From the NCBI GenBank assembly GCA_963803975.1, contig CAWDOY010000016.1, positions 1-64,000 on the forward strand: a stretch of DNA of 64,000 nt, read 5' to 3'. Under the pieces are notes generated by a model, which was not told the origin of the DNA, made no database searches, and saw only the letters and a list, made by a program, of their open reading frames with translations. Shown here in pieces: positions 18,973-30,397 of this stretch. Made by a program: the position numbers and the translations under genes. The DNA is from an uncultured delta proteobacterium (GTDB lineage Bacteria > Desulfobacterota > WTBG01 > CAIYCZ01). Each line of letters begins with the position of its first letter. Within the stretch, counting starts at the first letter, position 1.

Positions 18973-20064
18973 ATGGATTTGATCCTGATGCTTCAAAATA
19001 TGGTGAAAAGCAGCGCCTCTGATCTGCATATCCGGGCCGGGGCTCCTCCTCTCTTGCGCATTGACGGGGTTTTGAAGCCGGTCGAGCACCCCGCGATTAC
19101 GCGCCAGGAGACTGATGAGATTTTTAACGCCCTGCTCACCGATATCCAGAAGGAACGCTTTTACAGGGAATTTTCCCTTGACATGTCCTATGTTATAGAA
19201 AATTTCCGACGCTTCCGGGTCAATGTTTTTCAGCAGCGGGGCAGCGTTGCCTTTGCCTTCCGGAATATTTCGTCGGATGTTCCCAGCATAGAGTCGCTTG
19301 GACTGCCGCAGGTTTTGAAAACACTCTGCGATAAGCCGTATGGCCTGGTGCTGGTTGCAGGACCTACGGGATGCGGCAAATCAACTACCCTTGCTGCCAT
19401 GATAAACTACATCAATCAGACCGCCACCAAGCATATCATTACCATTGAGGACCCGATTGAATTTTCCTTTAAGGATAACCACTCATTTATAACCCAGCGC
19501 GAAGTGGGGCTGGATACCCCGACATTTGAAGTGGCTTTAAAAGATGCCCTGCGCCAGGACCCGGATGCGATTCTGCTGGGAGAAATGAGAAGCATTGATA
19601 CTATGAGCATAACCCTGAGCGCTACTGAAACCGGTCACCTGGTGTTCAGCACCATTCACGCCAATAGTGCCTACGATGCCATTGCCCGGGTCGTCGATGT
19701 ATACCCGGCCGAGATGCGGCACCAGATCCGCATTCAGCTCTCAAATGCACTGCTGGGGATCATATCGCAGCGGCTCCTGCCCTGCAGAGACGAAAAGGGG
19801 CGGATAGCAGCAGTTGATATTTTAATCGCCAGTCACCGGATAAAAGAGCTGATTGTCAAGAACCAGCTCCGGGAAATTCGGGAGGAAATGGAAAAATCGG
19901 TTTCTCTCTATGGCATGCAAAGTCTTGAACAGTCGCTTATCGCGCTCATTGCAAATAAGATGATAACCCGCGAGGATGCCCTGATGGTGACGCTTCTGCC
20001 GGAAGAATTGAAGCTCACCATGGATCAGCTGGGCATTACCGCATCAGGGGAATTACGGCAATAA
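18973..20064 (+). CDS. PilT/PilU family type IV pilus ATPase
   Basis: ASDLH, RFRVN, GPTGCGKST, TIEDPIE, ALRQDPD, GEMR, ETGHLVFSTIH. Confidence 0.93.
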   Translation: MDLILMLQNMVKSSASDLHIRAGAPPLLRIDGVLKPVEHPAITRQETDEIFNALLTDIQKERFYREFSLDMSYVIENFRRFRVNVFQQRGSVAFAFRNISSDVPSIESLGLPQVLKTLCDKPYGLVLVAGPTGCGKSTTLAAMINYINQTATKHIITIEDPIEFSFKDNHSFITQREVGLDTPTFEVALKDALRQDPDAILLGEMRSIDTMSITLSATETGHLVFSTIHANSAYDAIARVVDVYPAEMRHQIRIQLSNALLGIISQRLLPCRDEKGRIAAVDILIASHRIKELIVKNQLREIREEMEKSVSLYGMQSLEQSLIALIANKMITREDALMVTLLPEELKLTMDQLGITASGELRQ

Positions 20065-20088
20065 GAAAAAATAATAGGGGGTGGTGCT

Positions 20089-20433
20089 ATGGCACAGGAA
20101 TCATATGCTGATTTTTCAATTATCAAGGCGTATTTTGAAATAAAAAACAGATATGAGATTGATATCCAAAGTTATAAAGACAGGATTGCGGCGCTTGAGG
20201 AGCAGTATAACCTGCAGATGGAAAAGTTCCGGGATGGACTTGCCGCCAGGGAAGTGCAACTGCAGGCCGGGAAGCAAAAAATTCAGGAACTCAACGATAA
20301 ACTGAAGGAAAAAGAAGAACAGCTGAAGAATATGGGGCTGCAGGCCTATAAAATGAAGACAGAGCTGGAAGAAATACGGAACAGGCCGCCGGCGGAAGAG
20401 GAAAAAAAAGGGAAATTTTCAATTTTTAAATAG
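20089..20433 (+). CDS. Coiled-coil hypothetical protein
   Basis: Heptad-like E/K/Q/L-rich ORF directly after the PilT-like gene; ends KKGKFSIFK. Confidence 0.7.
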   Translation: MAQESYADFSIIKAYFEIKNRYEIDIQSYKDRIAALEEQYNLQMEKFRDGLAAREVQLQAGKQKIQELNDKLKEKEEQLKNMGLQAYKMKTELEEIRNRPPAEEEKKGKFSIFK

Positions 20434-20560
20434 CCAGCCCCTGAAAAATCCTTTAACAGCCGGTATTTTGCCTATTACAAGAGGGTTGTTTAAAAAAACA
20501 AAAGAAATTAATTTTTGTGCTTGCAATTAGCTTTTTTTTGTATTAAACATTAAAGTTTAC

Positions 20561-20635
20561 GGGCGATTAACTCAGCGGGAGAGTGCTACCTTCACACGGT
20601 AGAAGTCACTGGTTCAAATCCAGTATCGCCCACCA
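20561..20635 (+). tRNA. tRNA-Val(CAC)
   Basis: Cloverleaf with anticodon arm CTACC-TTCACAC-GGTAG and CCA end. Confidence 0.96.
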
Positions 20636-20860
20636 TTGCGCGCGATACGTGCTTTTAAATGAGTGCACGGGAAAACCGTTTCCTGCTTAAAGAACCTACC
20701 AGCACAAGTAAGTTATTATAATCTTTCTTCTATAGATAATGGCATCGGAAAAAAATAAAACACCGGCACTTCACAGCATGCCATATCGTTTAGTGAATCA
20801 TTATAGAGCGCTGTTTATTGATTTAACCAGAATATAAGCCAACGTCAATAAGCACTATTT

Positions 20861-20935
20861 GCTGGCGTAGCTCAATGGTAGAGCAGCTGATTTGTAATCA
20901 GCAGGTTGCGGGTTCGAATCCCATCGCCAGCTCCA
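20861..20935 (+). tRNA. tRNA-Thr(TGT)
   Basis: CTGAT-TTGTAA-TCAG anticodon arm, GGTTCGAATCC, CCA end. Confidence 0.96.
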
Positions 20936-20957
20936 TACAGGACCGGATAGCATATTA

Positions 20958-21042
20958 GGAGAGGTTCCCGAGCGGCCAAAGGGGGCAGACTGTAAATCTG
21001 TTGGCGAAGCCTTCGGAGGTTCGAATCCTCCCCTCTCCACCA
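20958..21042 (+). tRNA. tRNA-Tyr(GTA)
   Basis: CAGA-CTGTAAA-TCTG, long variable arm, CCA end. Confidence 0.96.
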
Positions 21043-21091
21043 CACGCGCTATAGAAGTATAGAAGTAATTAGATGATAACCCCCGTACCGT

Positions 21092-21168
21092 GCGGGAGTA
21101 GCTCAGCTGGCCAGAGCGTCAGCCTTCCAAGCTGAGGGTCGCGGGTTCGAATCCCGTTTCCCGCTCCA
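21092..21168 (+). tRNA. tRNA-Gly(TCC)
   Basis: TCAGC-CTTCCAA-GCTGA, CCA end. Confidence 0.96.
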
Positions 21169-21187
21169 TACGTTTCGTGTAGAGAAA

Positions 21188-21263
<76 letters not shown>

Positions 21264-21331
21264 GCACCCCTTTATAAATAGTAACGTTAACCGTTATACA
21301 CAACTTTTTTATTAGGCAACAGGAGGCAGCG

Positions 21332-22532
<1,201 letters not shown>

Positions 22533-22595
22533 ATGAGGAAGCCGCAGTTTTTCTTAGCAGGTGACACGGCAGTTGCTGAAAGAGGATGAAGCCAG

Positions 22596-22745
22596 ATGAG
22601 AGACATTATAACGCTTGCCTGTACGCAGTGCAAGCAGCGAAATTATAGTACGACAAAAAACAAGAAGAAAACGACAAGTAAACTGGAGCTAAAGAAATAC
22701 TGCAGGTTCTGCCATAGCCATACTCTTCACCGGGAAACAAAATAG
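22596..22745 (+). CDS. rpmG: 50S ribosomal protein L33 (zinc-binding type)
   Basis: [17 protein letters not shown]...LKKYCRFC...HRETK; too short for the ORF track. Confidence 0.96.
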   Translation: MRDIITLACTQCKQRNYSTTKNKKKTTSKLELKKYCRFCHSHTLHRETK

Positions 22746-22822
22746 CATCTTGATGAAGAGGGTTTTCGTCCATTCCTTAGCTCGCTTCAAAGCTCCACGC
22801 CTTTTATATATACAACTTAAAA

Positions 22823-22899
22823 AGGCCAGTAGCTCTAACGGATAGAGCACCGGACTCCAAATCCGGGTGATGGGGGTTCGAATCCCTCCTGGCCTGCCA
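22823..22899 (+). tRNA. tRNA-Trp(CCA)
   Basis: CCGGA-CTCCAAA-TCCGG; canonical position between rpmG and secE. Confidence 0.94.
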
Positions 22900-23027
22900 C
22901 ATGACATTCAGGCCAGGCCTGAAGAGCGTTTGCCGGACGCTTGACAACTGCTGTTCTGACAGCACGGGTACTGGTTACGCAGCATGATACGCTGCAGCAG
23001 AAGCTGCATGAAGAGGATGCACGGTCA

Positions 23028-23256
23028 ATGGATATTAAAAATATTAATTACAAAGGCATTATCAAAGGCATTATCGACAGGGTCGTTCTGTTCTTTCGCG
23101 AAGTGAAGGTCGAGATAAAAAAAATATCATGGCCGCAGCGCAATGAAACCATTGCGTCAACCTCCATCGTGATCATTATTGTGCTTGATTATCGGCATAT
23201 TCCTGGGGATTGTGGATGTAGGCCTTGCACGCCTTGTTAAGCTAATTCTGAGTTGA
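23028..23256 (+). CDS. secE: Preprotein translocase SecE (frameshift near 23188)
   Basis: FFREVKVEIKKISWP followed by a TM segment, continuing IGIFLGIVDVGL in the next frame. Confidence 0.9.
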
Positions 23257-23263
23257 GATGCAT

Positions 23264-23815
23264 ATGGCAAAACAGTGGTACGTTGTCCATACCTATTCCG
23301 GATACGAAAACAAAGTGAAGGAGCTGCTCGAGGAACGGGTGAAGGCCTATACGTTTGAAGAGGCTTTCGGCGATATACTGGTGCCTGCTGAAGACGTGGA
23401 AGAGATCATAAAGATAAAGGGCATCAAAGGTGAAAAGAAGGTAAAAACCAGCTCGCGCAAGTTTTTCCCCGGTTATCTCCTGGTGCAGATGGATCTCAAC
23501 AATGAGACCTGGCACCTGGTGCGCAACACGCCCAAAGTGACCGGCTTTATCGGGGGCAAGAATAAGCCCATTGCCATTCCTGATGAAGCGGTCAATGATA
23601 TCATCCAGAAAATAAAAGAGGGCAAGCTCCGCCCCAAACCAAAGGTATCCTTCGAGAAGGGGGACAGCGTTCTTATTGTCGAAGGCCCCTTTGCCAATTT
23701 TAACGGGACGGTGGAGGATGTAAAGCCGGAGAAGGCCCGCCTCAAAGTGCTGGTCAGTATTTTCGGCCGGCCAACCCCCATCGAGCTTGAATTTGCCCAG
23801 GTGAAGAAGAACTGA
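23264..23815 (+). CDS. nusG: Transcription factor NusG
   Basis: WYVVHTYSGYE, FFPGY, KOW domain, IFGRPTP. Confidence 0.98.
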   Translation: MAKQWYVVHTYSGYENKVKELLEERVKAYTFEEAFGDILVPAEDVEEIIKIKGIKGEKKVKTSSRKFFPGYLLVQMDLNNETWHLVRNTPKVTGFIGGKNKPIAIPDEAVNDIIQKIKEGKLRPKPKVSFEKGDSVLIVEGPFANFNGTVEDVKPEKARLKVLVSIFGRPTPIELEFAQVKKN

Positions 23816-23891
23816 CGGGGTGGTGCAGAGCAGTCATACCCAGAGCGCCAGGCCCGTGTCTCGCGAACATTAAGAAAAGGAACTAGAGTGT

Positions 23892-24314
23892 ATGGCAAAA
23901 AAGGTCATTACCCAGATTAAGTTGCAAATTACCGCGGGGAAGGCAAACCCGTCCCCGCCGGTTGGTCCGGCCTTGGGACAGCACGGCGTCAATATCATGG
24001 AATTTTGCAAGGCGTTCAATGCCAAGACCCAGCAGCAGGAGGGGCTCATTATACCGGTGGTTATTACGGTGTATGCGGATCGCTCGTTTACCTTTATCAC
24101 CAAAACACCGCCCGCAGCCGTGCTGTTAAAAAAAGCAGCCGGTATCATCAAGGGTTCCGGTGAGCCCAATAAAACCAAGGTGGGCACGGTTACGCCCGCA
24201 CAGGTGCGGGAGATCGCCCAGACAAAAATGCCGGATATTAATGCCAATGATATTGATGCAGCGATCAAGATCATCGAGGGCACGGCCCGCAGCATGGGTA
24301 TCGAGATACGATAA
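23892..24314 (+). CDS. rplK: 50S ribosomal protein L11
   Basis: [19 protein letters not shown]. Confidence 0.98.
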   Translation: MAKKVITQIKLQITAGKANPSPPVGPALGQHGVNIMEFCKAFNAKTQQQEGLIIPVVITVYADRSFTFITKTPPAAVLLKKAAGIIKGSGEPNKTKVGTVTPAQVREIAQTKMPDINANDIDAAIKIIEGTARSMGIEIR

Positions 24315-24363
24315 AAAACGGGAACAGTCTAACGGTAACTACTAATCAAGTAAGGTGGCAGCG

Positions 24364-25062
24364 ATGCGTACACAAGGAAAAAAATACCTTCAGGTAAAAG
24401 ACAAGGTTCAAGCTGCGACGCCGTATCCGCTCAAGGATGCCATCAGCCTGTTACAGGAAACGTGCTATGTAAAGTTTGATGAAACGGTTGATGTGGCCAT
24501 TCGCCTGGGGGTAGACCCCCGGAAGGCTGACCAGATGGTGCGCGGCACCGTGCTTCTCCCGCATGGGACGGGCAAGGAGATAAAGGTGCTGGTTTTTGCC
24601 AAAGGGGAAAAAGAGAAAGAAGCTCGTGATGCCGGGGCTGATTACGTCGGAGCAGATGACCTGGTGGAAAAAATTCAGAACGGATGGCTGGAGTTTGACA
24701 AGGCAGTGGCCACGCCTGATTTGATGGGACTGGTCGGCAAAATTGGAAAGATTCTCGGGCCGCGCGGTCTCATGCCGAATCCCAAGCTGGGCACGGTCAC
24801 GTTTAATGTGCGCGAGAGCATCGATGAGCTGAGAAAAGGCAAGGTGGAGTTCCGGACTGACAAGGCGGGCATTGTGCACGTGCCAGTGGGCAAGCGGTCC
24901 TTTGATATCCAGAAGCTCTATGAGAATATTCTTGCCCTGATGGACACCATCGTCAGGATGAAGCCGTCTTCAAGCAAGGGAGTTTACCTGAAAAATATTG
25001 TGCTCTCTTCCACCATGGGACTGGGGATCAAGGTTGACCCGGCAACGGTCAAGACCCAGTAA
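24364..25062 (+). CDS. rplA: 50S ribosomal protein L1
   Basis: [24 protein letters not shown]. Confidence 0.98.
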   Translation: MRTQGKKYLQVKDKVQAATPYPLKDAISLLQETCYVKFDETVDVAIRLGVDPRKADQMVRGTVLLPHGTGKEIKVLVFAKGEKEKEARDAGADYVGADDLVEKIQNGWLEFDKAVATPDLMGLVGKIGKILGPRGLMPNPKLGTVTFNVRESIDELRKGKVEFRTDKAGIVHVPVGKRSFDIQKLYENILALMDTIVRMKPSSSKGVYLKNIVLSSTMGLGIKVDPATVKTQ

Positions 25063-25105
25063 GCGTGGCTTGCGACATAGAGAGCTTTAAACAGAGGTGA
25101 TTGCC

Positions 25106-25636
25106 GTGAACAAAAAACAGCGAGAGGAAGCAGTAACAACCCTATCACAAAAGATTGCAGCGTCAAGCGCGGGGTTTGTGATTGATTTTCAGGGCCTCAG
25201 TGTCGAGGCGAGTAATGATTTGCGCAGGCAGATCCGGAAAGCAGGCTCTGAGCTCAAGGTAGCAAAAAATACGCTGCTGCGCAGAGCAGCCCGCGAGACT
25301 GATTTTGCAACGATGGCAGATTCATTTGTCGGACCAACGGCGGTTCTCTTTGTGCAGGACAACCCGGTTCCGGTAGTGAAGGTTCTTAAGAAATTTATTA
25401 AGGACAACCCCGCAGCGCCGCTTAAAGTTAAGGGGGGCGTGCTCAATAAGACACTCCTCAGCCACCAGGACATTGACCTGCTGGCCGAACTGCCAAGCCG
25501 TGAAGTGCTGGTGGCGCAGCTGCTTGGCGTGCTCACCGCGCCCATGCGCAACCTGGTATCAGTACTCGCCGAAGTGCCGCGAAAATTTCTGCGCGGGCTG
25601 AACGCGGTAGCAGAGACAAAACAGGGGCAACAATAG
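25106..25636 (+). CDS. rplJ: 50S ribosomal protein L10
   Basis: KVAKNTL, GPTA, LPSREVL; synteny. Confidence 0.96.
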   Translation: MNKKQREEAVTTLSQKIAASSAGFVIDFQGLSVEASNDLRRQIRKAGSELKVAKNTLLRRAARETDFATMADSFVGPTAVLFVQDNPVPVVKVLKKFIKDNPAAPLKVKGGVLNKTLLSHQDIDLLAELPSREVLVAQLLGVLTAPMRNLVSVLAEVPRKFLRGLNAVAETKQGQQ

Positions 25637-25704
25637 GATATACCTAACATCAGGAATACATTCACCGTAGCTACAATAATTTTACATTTAGCAGGAGGTT
25701 TGCC

Positions 25705-26097
25705 ATGGCAGAAGTAACAAAGCAGGATGTGGTTAAGTTTATTGAGAATATGTCGGTACTTGAGCTGTCAAGTCTGGTCAAGGAGCTGGAAGAGAAGTTT
25801 GGTGTTTCCGCCGCCGCTGTGGCGATGGCCGCGCCAATGGCCGCCGCAGGCGCTTCGGGAGCAGCCGAAGCAAAGGCAGAGGAGAAGACCGAGTTTGACG
25901 TTGTCCTCAAGGAAGCCGGCGCACAGAAGATTCAGGTCATCAAAGTGGTCCGCGCCATCACCAGTCTCGGGCTGAAAGAGGCCAAGGACTTTGTCGACGG
26001 CGCACCGAAAACGGTCAAGGAAGGAATACCTAAAGCTGAAGCTGAAGACATCGTAAAGCAGCTGCAGGAAGTCGGCGCAGTATGTGAAATAAAATAA
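25705..26097 (+). CDS. rplL: 50S ribosomal protein L7/L12
   Basis: [22 protein letters not shown]. Confidence 0.98.
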   Translation: MAEVTKQDVVKFIENMSVLELSSLVKELEEKFGVSAAAVAMAAPMAAAGASGAAEAKAEEKTEFDVVLKEAGAQKIQVIKVVRAITSLGLKEAKDFVDGAPKTVKEGIPKAEAEDIVKQLQEVGAVCEIK

Positions 26098-26232
26098 GCT
26101 GCGGCAGGTTCTCCCCCCGCGTGCCGGATAGCCTGCGACCGCGGTGTATACAGGTATCCGGGCAGTCGACAAGGGGTCCGGGGACGCCGGTTCCCTGGTA
26201 TATCGTAATTAATTTGTATTGAGGGCATTTAG

Positions 26233-29200
26233 ATGGGAACTCTGTCACCATACAAGCTGCGTTTTCGCAAAAGCTTTGCAAAAATCCCCACCATCATGGA
26301 CGTGCCGAATCTCATTGAGATTCAGCAGGGCTCCTATGAGAAATTTCTGCAGGCTGATGTTGTGCCTGACAAGCGCGAAGAAACCGGCCTGCAGGGGGTT
26401 TTTAAAAGTGTTTTCCCCATAAAAAATTATAATGAAACCTCCTCGCTTGAATTTATCAGCTATACCCTGGGGTCTCCCAAGTATGATATTCAGGAGTGCC
26501 GGCAAAAGGAGCTGACCTATGCGGCCCCGCTGAAGGTGCTCACCCGCCTGGTCGTCTGGGACGTTAACCATGAGACCGGCACGAAAAATATCCGGGACGT
26601 AAAGGAGCAGGAGGTTTTTTTCGGCGAGATACCGCTGATGACCGACACCGGCACCTTTATTATTAACGGCACGGAGCGGGTGGTGGTGAGTCAGCTGCAT
26701 CGCTCACCGGGCATATTTTTTGACCACGACAAGGGGAAAACCCTGTCCAGCGGCAATTTTATCTACTCGGCCCGCATCATTCCCAACCGCGGCTCCTGGA
26801 TTGATATCGAGTTTGACCCCAAGGATATAATCTACGTGCGCATCGATCGCCGCAGAAAATTCCCCGTGACGGTGCTGTTAAAGGCCCTCAACTACACCAT
26901 CAAAGATCTGCTCACCTATTTTTATACCGTTGAAGATGTGCTCCTGGAAAAAGGCGGGCTGCGCAAAAGCATCAACTCACCGTTTGTTGCCGGTGAACTG
27001 GCCCATGAAGACATTGTTGATGAAAAGCGTGATGAAATTATCGTGCGCAAGGGCAAAAAAATAAATAAAGCGGCACTCAAGCGGATGCATGACGTGCGCA
27101 TCAAGCATATCGCCACGACCAAAGAAGAGCTGGAGGGGAAAATTATCGCTGCAGATGTTATTGATCCCGGCAGCGGCGAAGTGATACTCAAGTGCAACGA
27201 GGTGCTGACGGCGGATAGCTTTCCCAGTCTCTATGCGCGCGGGGTCAAACAGCTCAAAATACTCTATATTGATAATTTAAATGTTGATTCATCGCTGCGG
27301 GATACCCTGACCGTTGACAAGGTGCAGACCACCGAGGATGCCGTGGTTGAAATCTATAAGCGCCTGCGGCCCAATGACCCGCCGACACAGGAAAGCGCCA
27401 ACCTGTTTTTTCAGCGGCTGTTTTTTGTTGCCGAGCACTATGACCTGTCAAAAGTGGGCCGCCTGAAAATCAATTTCCGGCTCAACCGAGACACCCCGCT
27501 CGAGGTCCAGACCCTCACCAAGGAAGATATTCTGGATACCATTAAAACACTCATCGAGATAAAGAACGGCCGCGGCGATGTGGATGACATTGACCATCTG
27601 GGGAACCGCCGGGTGCGCTCCGTGGGTGAACTGCTTGAGAACCACTACCGGATCGGCCTGGTACGAATGGAACGGGCCATCAAGGAGCGCATGAGCCTGC
27701 AGGAGATTGAAACGCTCATGCCCAATGACCTGGTAAATTCAAAACTGGTGTCTGCGGTGGTGAAAGAATTTTTCGGCTCAAGCCAGCTCTCCCAGTTCAT
27801 GGATCAAACCAACCCCCTCTCGGAGATAACTCACAAGCGGCGGTTGAGTGCGCTCGGGCCCGGCGGACTCACCCGGGAACGCGCCGGCTTTGAAGTGCGC
27901 GACGTTCACCCGACCCACTACGGCCGCATTTGTCCCATTGAAACCCCTGAAGGCCCTAACATCGGACTCATTGCATCGCTTTCCACCTATGCCCGGGTCA
28001 ACGAATACGGCTTTATTGAAACCCCCTACCGCAAGGTTGAAAAGGGAACCGTAACCAGCAGCATAGAGTTTCTGTCCGCTCTGGAAGAAGAGAAATATAC
28101 CATCGCCCAGGCCAATGCTGCTATCGGGCCCCAGGGCAAATTTGAGGCAAAGCTTATTTCCGCGCGGCGCGGCGGAGAGTTCATCATGGTGATCCCGGAA
28201 GACATTGATTTTATGGACGTCTCGCCCAAGCAGCTGGTGAGCGTTGCTGCATCGCTGATACCGTTTCTGGAAAATGACGACGCCAACCGGGCGCTCATGG
28301 GCTCCAATATGCAGCGCCAGGCCGTGTCGCTGATGAAGACCGAAGCACCTCTGATCGGCACCGGGATGGAGAGTATCGCTGCCCGGGATTCCGGGGTCAC
28401 GGTCATTGCCCGGGAGAACGGCGTGGTGAAAAGCGTTGATGCCAGCCGCATTGTGATCAAGCGCAACCGCTCCGAAGGCGGCATCGGCACGGATGTGGAT
28501 ATTTACAACCTGACCAAGTATAAACGTTCCAACCAGAACACCTGCATCAATCAGCGGCCCATTGTGCAGGCGGGGGATGCGGTAAAAAAGGGCGATATCA
28601 TTGCTGACGGACCGGCTACCGAGATGGGTGAACTTGCCCTGGGCCGCAATGTGTTTGTGGCATTCATGCCGTGGGGCGGTTACAATTTTGAGGATTCGAT
28701 CCTGGTCAGCGAGCGGCTGATAAAGGAGGATGTCTTTACCTCCATTCATATCGAAGAATTTGAAATACTGGCCCGTGATACCAAGCTGGGCAAGGAAGAA
28801 ATCACCCGCGATATCCCGGGCCTGGGCGAAGACATGCTCCGGGACCTGGATGAGAGCGGCATTATCCGCATCGGCACGGAGGTAAAGCAGGGCGACATCA
28901 TGGTGGGGAAAATTACCCCCAAGGGAGAGACGCAGCTTTCTCCGGAAGAGAAACTGCTGCGCGCCATTTTTGGAGAAAAGGCGCGCGATGTTCAGGACAC
29001 GTCGCTGCGCGTTCCGCCGGGAATTGACGGAACGGTCATCAGTGTCAATATTTTTTCCCGCAGGGGCGCTGATAAGGATGAACGCACCCGCTCCATTGAA
29101 GATGAAGAGACCGCGAAGATCCTCAAGGACCAGGAAGATGAGATAAAAATTCTGAAAGAAAATGTTGAGCGCAAGCTGAAACACCTGCTGGTCGGGTAAA

Positions 29201-30352
29201 ACCTGTGCCAAGCGTATTATTGATGAGAAGAAGGGCAAACTGGTCTTCAATAAAAATCAGGAGATTACCGCGGAGGACGTGGAGCGGCTGTCGCTGGAAA
29301 AGTGGCTCAGCATTCCCATTGCTGAAGATGAAAATCTGGCGGAAAAGCTCGATACGATCAAAGAAGCCCGCGATGAGCAGCTCAACCTCATCAAGGTTGT
29401 GTTCGGCGAAAAAATTGAAAAAATCAAGCGCGGTGATGATCTCCCGCCGGGCGTCATCAAGATGGTCAAAGTGAATCTGGCGGTAAAGAGACGGCTCGCC
29501 GTCGGCGATAAAATGGCCGGCCGCCACGGCAACAAGGGTGTGCTCTCCCGGATTTTACCTGAGGAGGATATGCCCTACATGGAAGACGGGACGCCGGTTG
29601 ACATAGTGCTCAATCCCCTGGGGGTTCCGTCCCGGATGAACGTGGGACAGATTCTGGAGACCCATCTGGGGTGGGCGGCAAAGGGGCTGGGAGAACAGCT
29701 GCAGGACATGGTGGATAAGAGCTCCAAGCCGGCAGCCCTCAGGAAACGCCTGAAAGAAATCTATGCCGAACAGAAGGACGTGCTGCGTCTGGTAGACGGG
29801 CTTGATGATGAGGAAGTGCTGGCAGTGGCGAAGAAGCTTGCCAGCGGCGTGCACATGGCATCGTCGGTGTTTGACGGTGCGCACGAAAGTGAGATCAGCT
29901 CCTGTCTGGAATCTCTGGGAATGCCCGCCACCGGCCAGACCACCCTCTTTGACGGCAGAAGCGGTGAGCCGTTTGATAAAATGGTGACCATCGGTATCAT
30001 CTATATGATGAAGCTGCACCATTTGGTGGATGACAAGATTCATGCCCGCTCCATCGGTACCTATTCGCTGGTAACCCAGCAGCCGCTCGGCGGTAAAGCC
30101 CAGTTCGGCGGCCAGCGCCTCGGAGAAATGGAGGTATGGGCGCTGATGGCCTACGGCGCTGCCCATACCCTGCAGGAGTTTCTCACCATCAAATCTGATG
30201 ACGTTCAGGGCCGAACCAAACTGTATGAAAATATTGTCAAGGGAGAGCGGGAATTAGTCCCGTCCATTCCTGAATCATTTAATGTTCTGGTTAAAGAACT
30301 GCAGAGCCTGTGCCTCGATGTGCAGTTTGTTGAACGCGACAAAAAGAATTAA
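26233..30352 (+). CDS. rpoB: RNA polymerase beta subunit (extra G at 29194-29196)
   Basis: ORFs 26233-29199 and 29279-30352 join as LVGKTCAKR...; motifs [31 protein letters not shown]. Confidence 0.98.
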
Positions 30353-30397
30353 CGAAAGCAGGCACAACCACCCCGATTGACAAAGGGAGGTAGTTTC

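Noticed and set aside
20561..20860. tRNA-Val as an integration site
   Set aside because: I found no duplicated tRNA 3' end and no integrase in the window.
27770..27870. Resistance alleles in rpoB (and in rpsL at 34664-35035)
   Set aside because: The rifampicin cluster ([23 protein letters not shown]) and the S12 motifs (PKKPNS, RVKDLPG) read as standard sequences.
27778..29250. 490-aa antisense ORF, and other long antisense ORFs over rpoC, secY, tuf and 9525-10346
   Set aside because: These are shadow frames of GC-rich coding genes with no recognisable motifs.
29190..29280. Naturally split rpoB or programmed frameshift
   Set aside because: Removing one G from GGG restores a continuous frame. 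There is no slippery site or RBS for a second subunit, and similar indels are widespread in this window.
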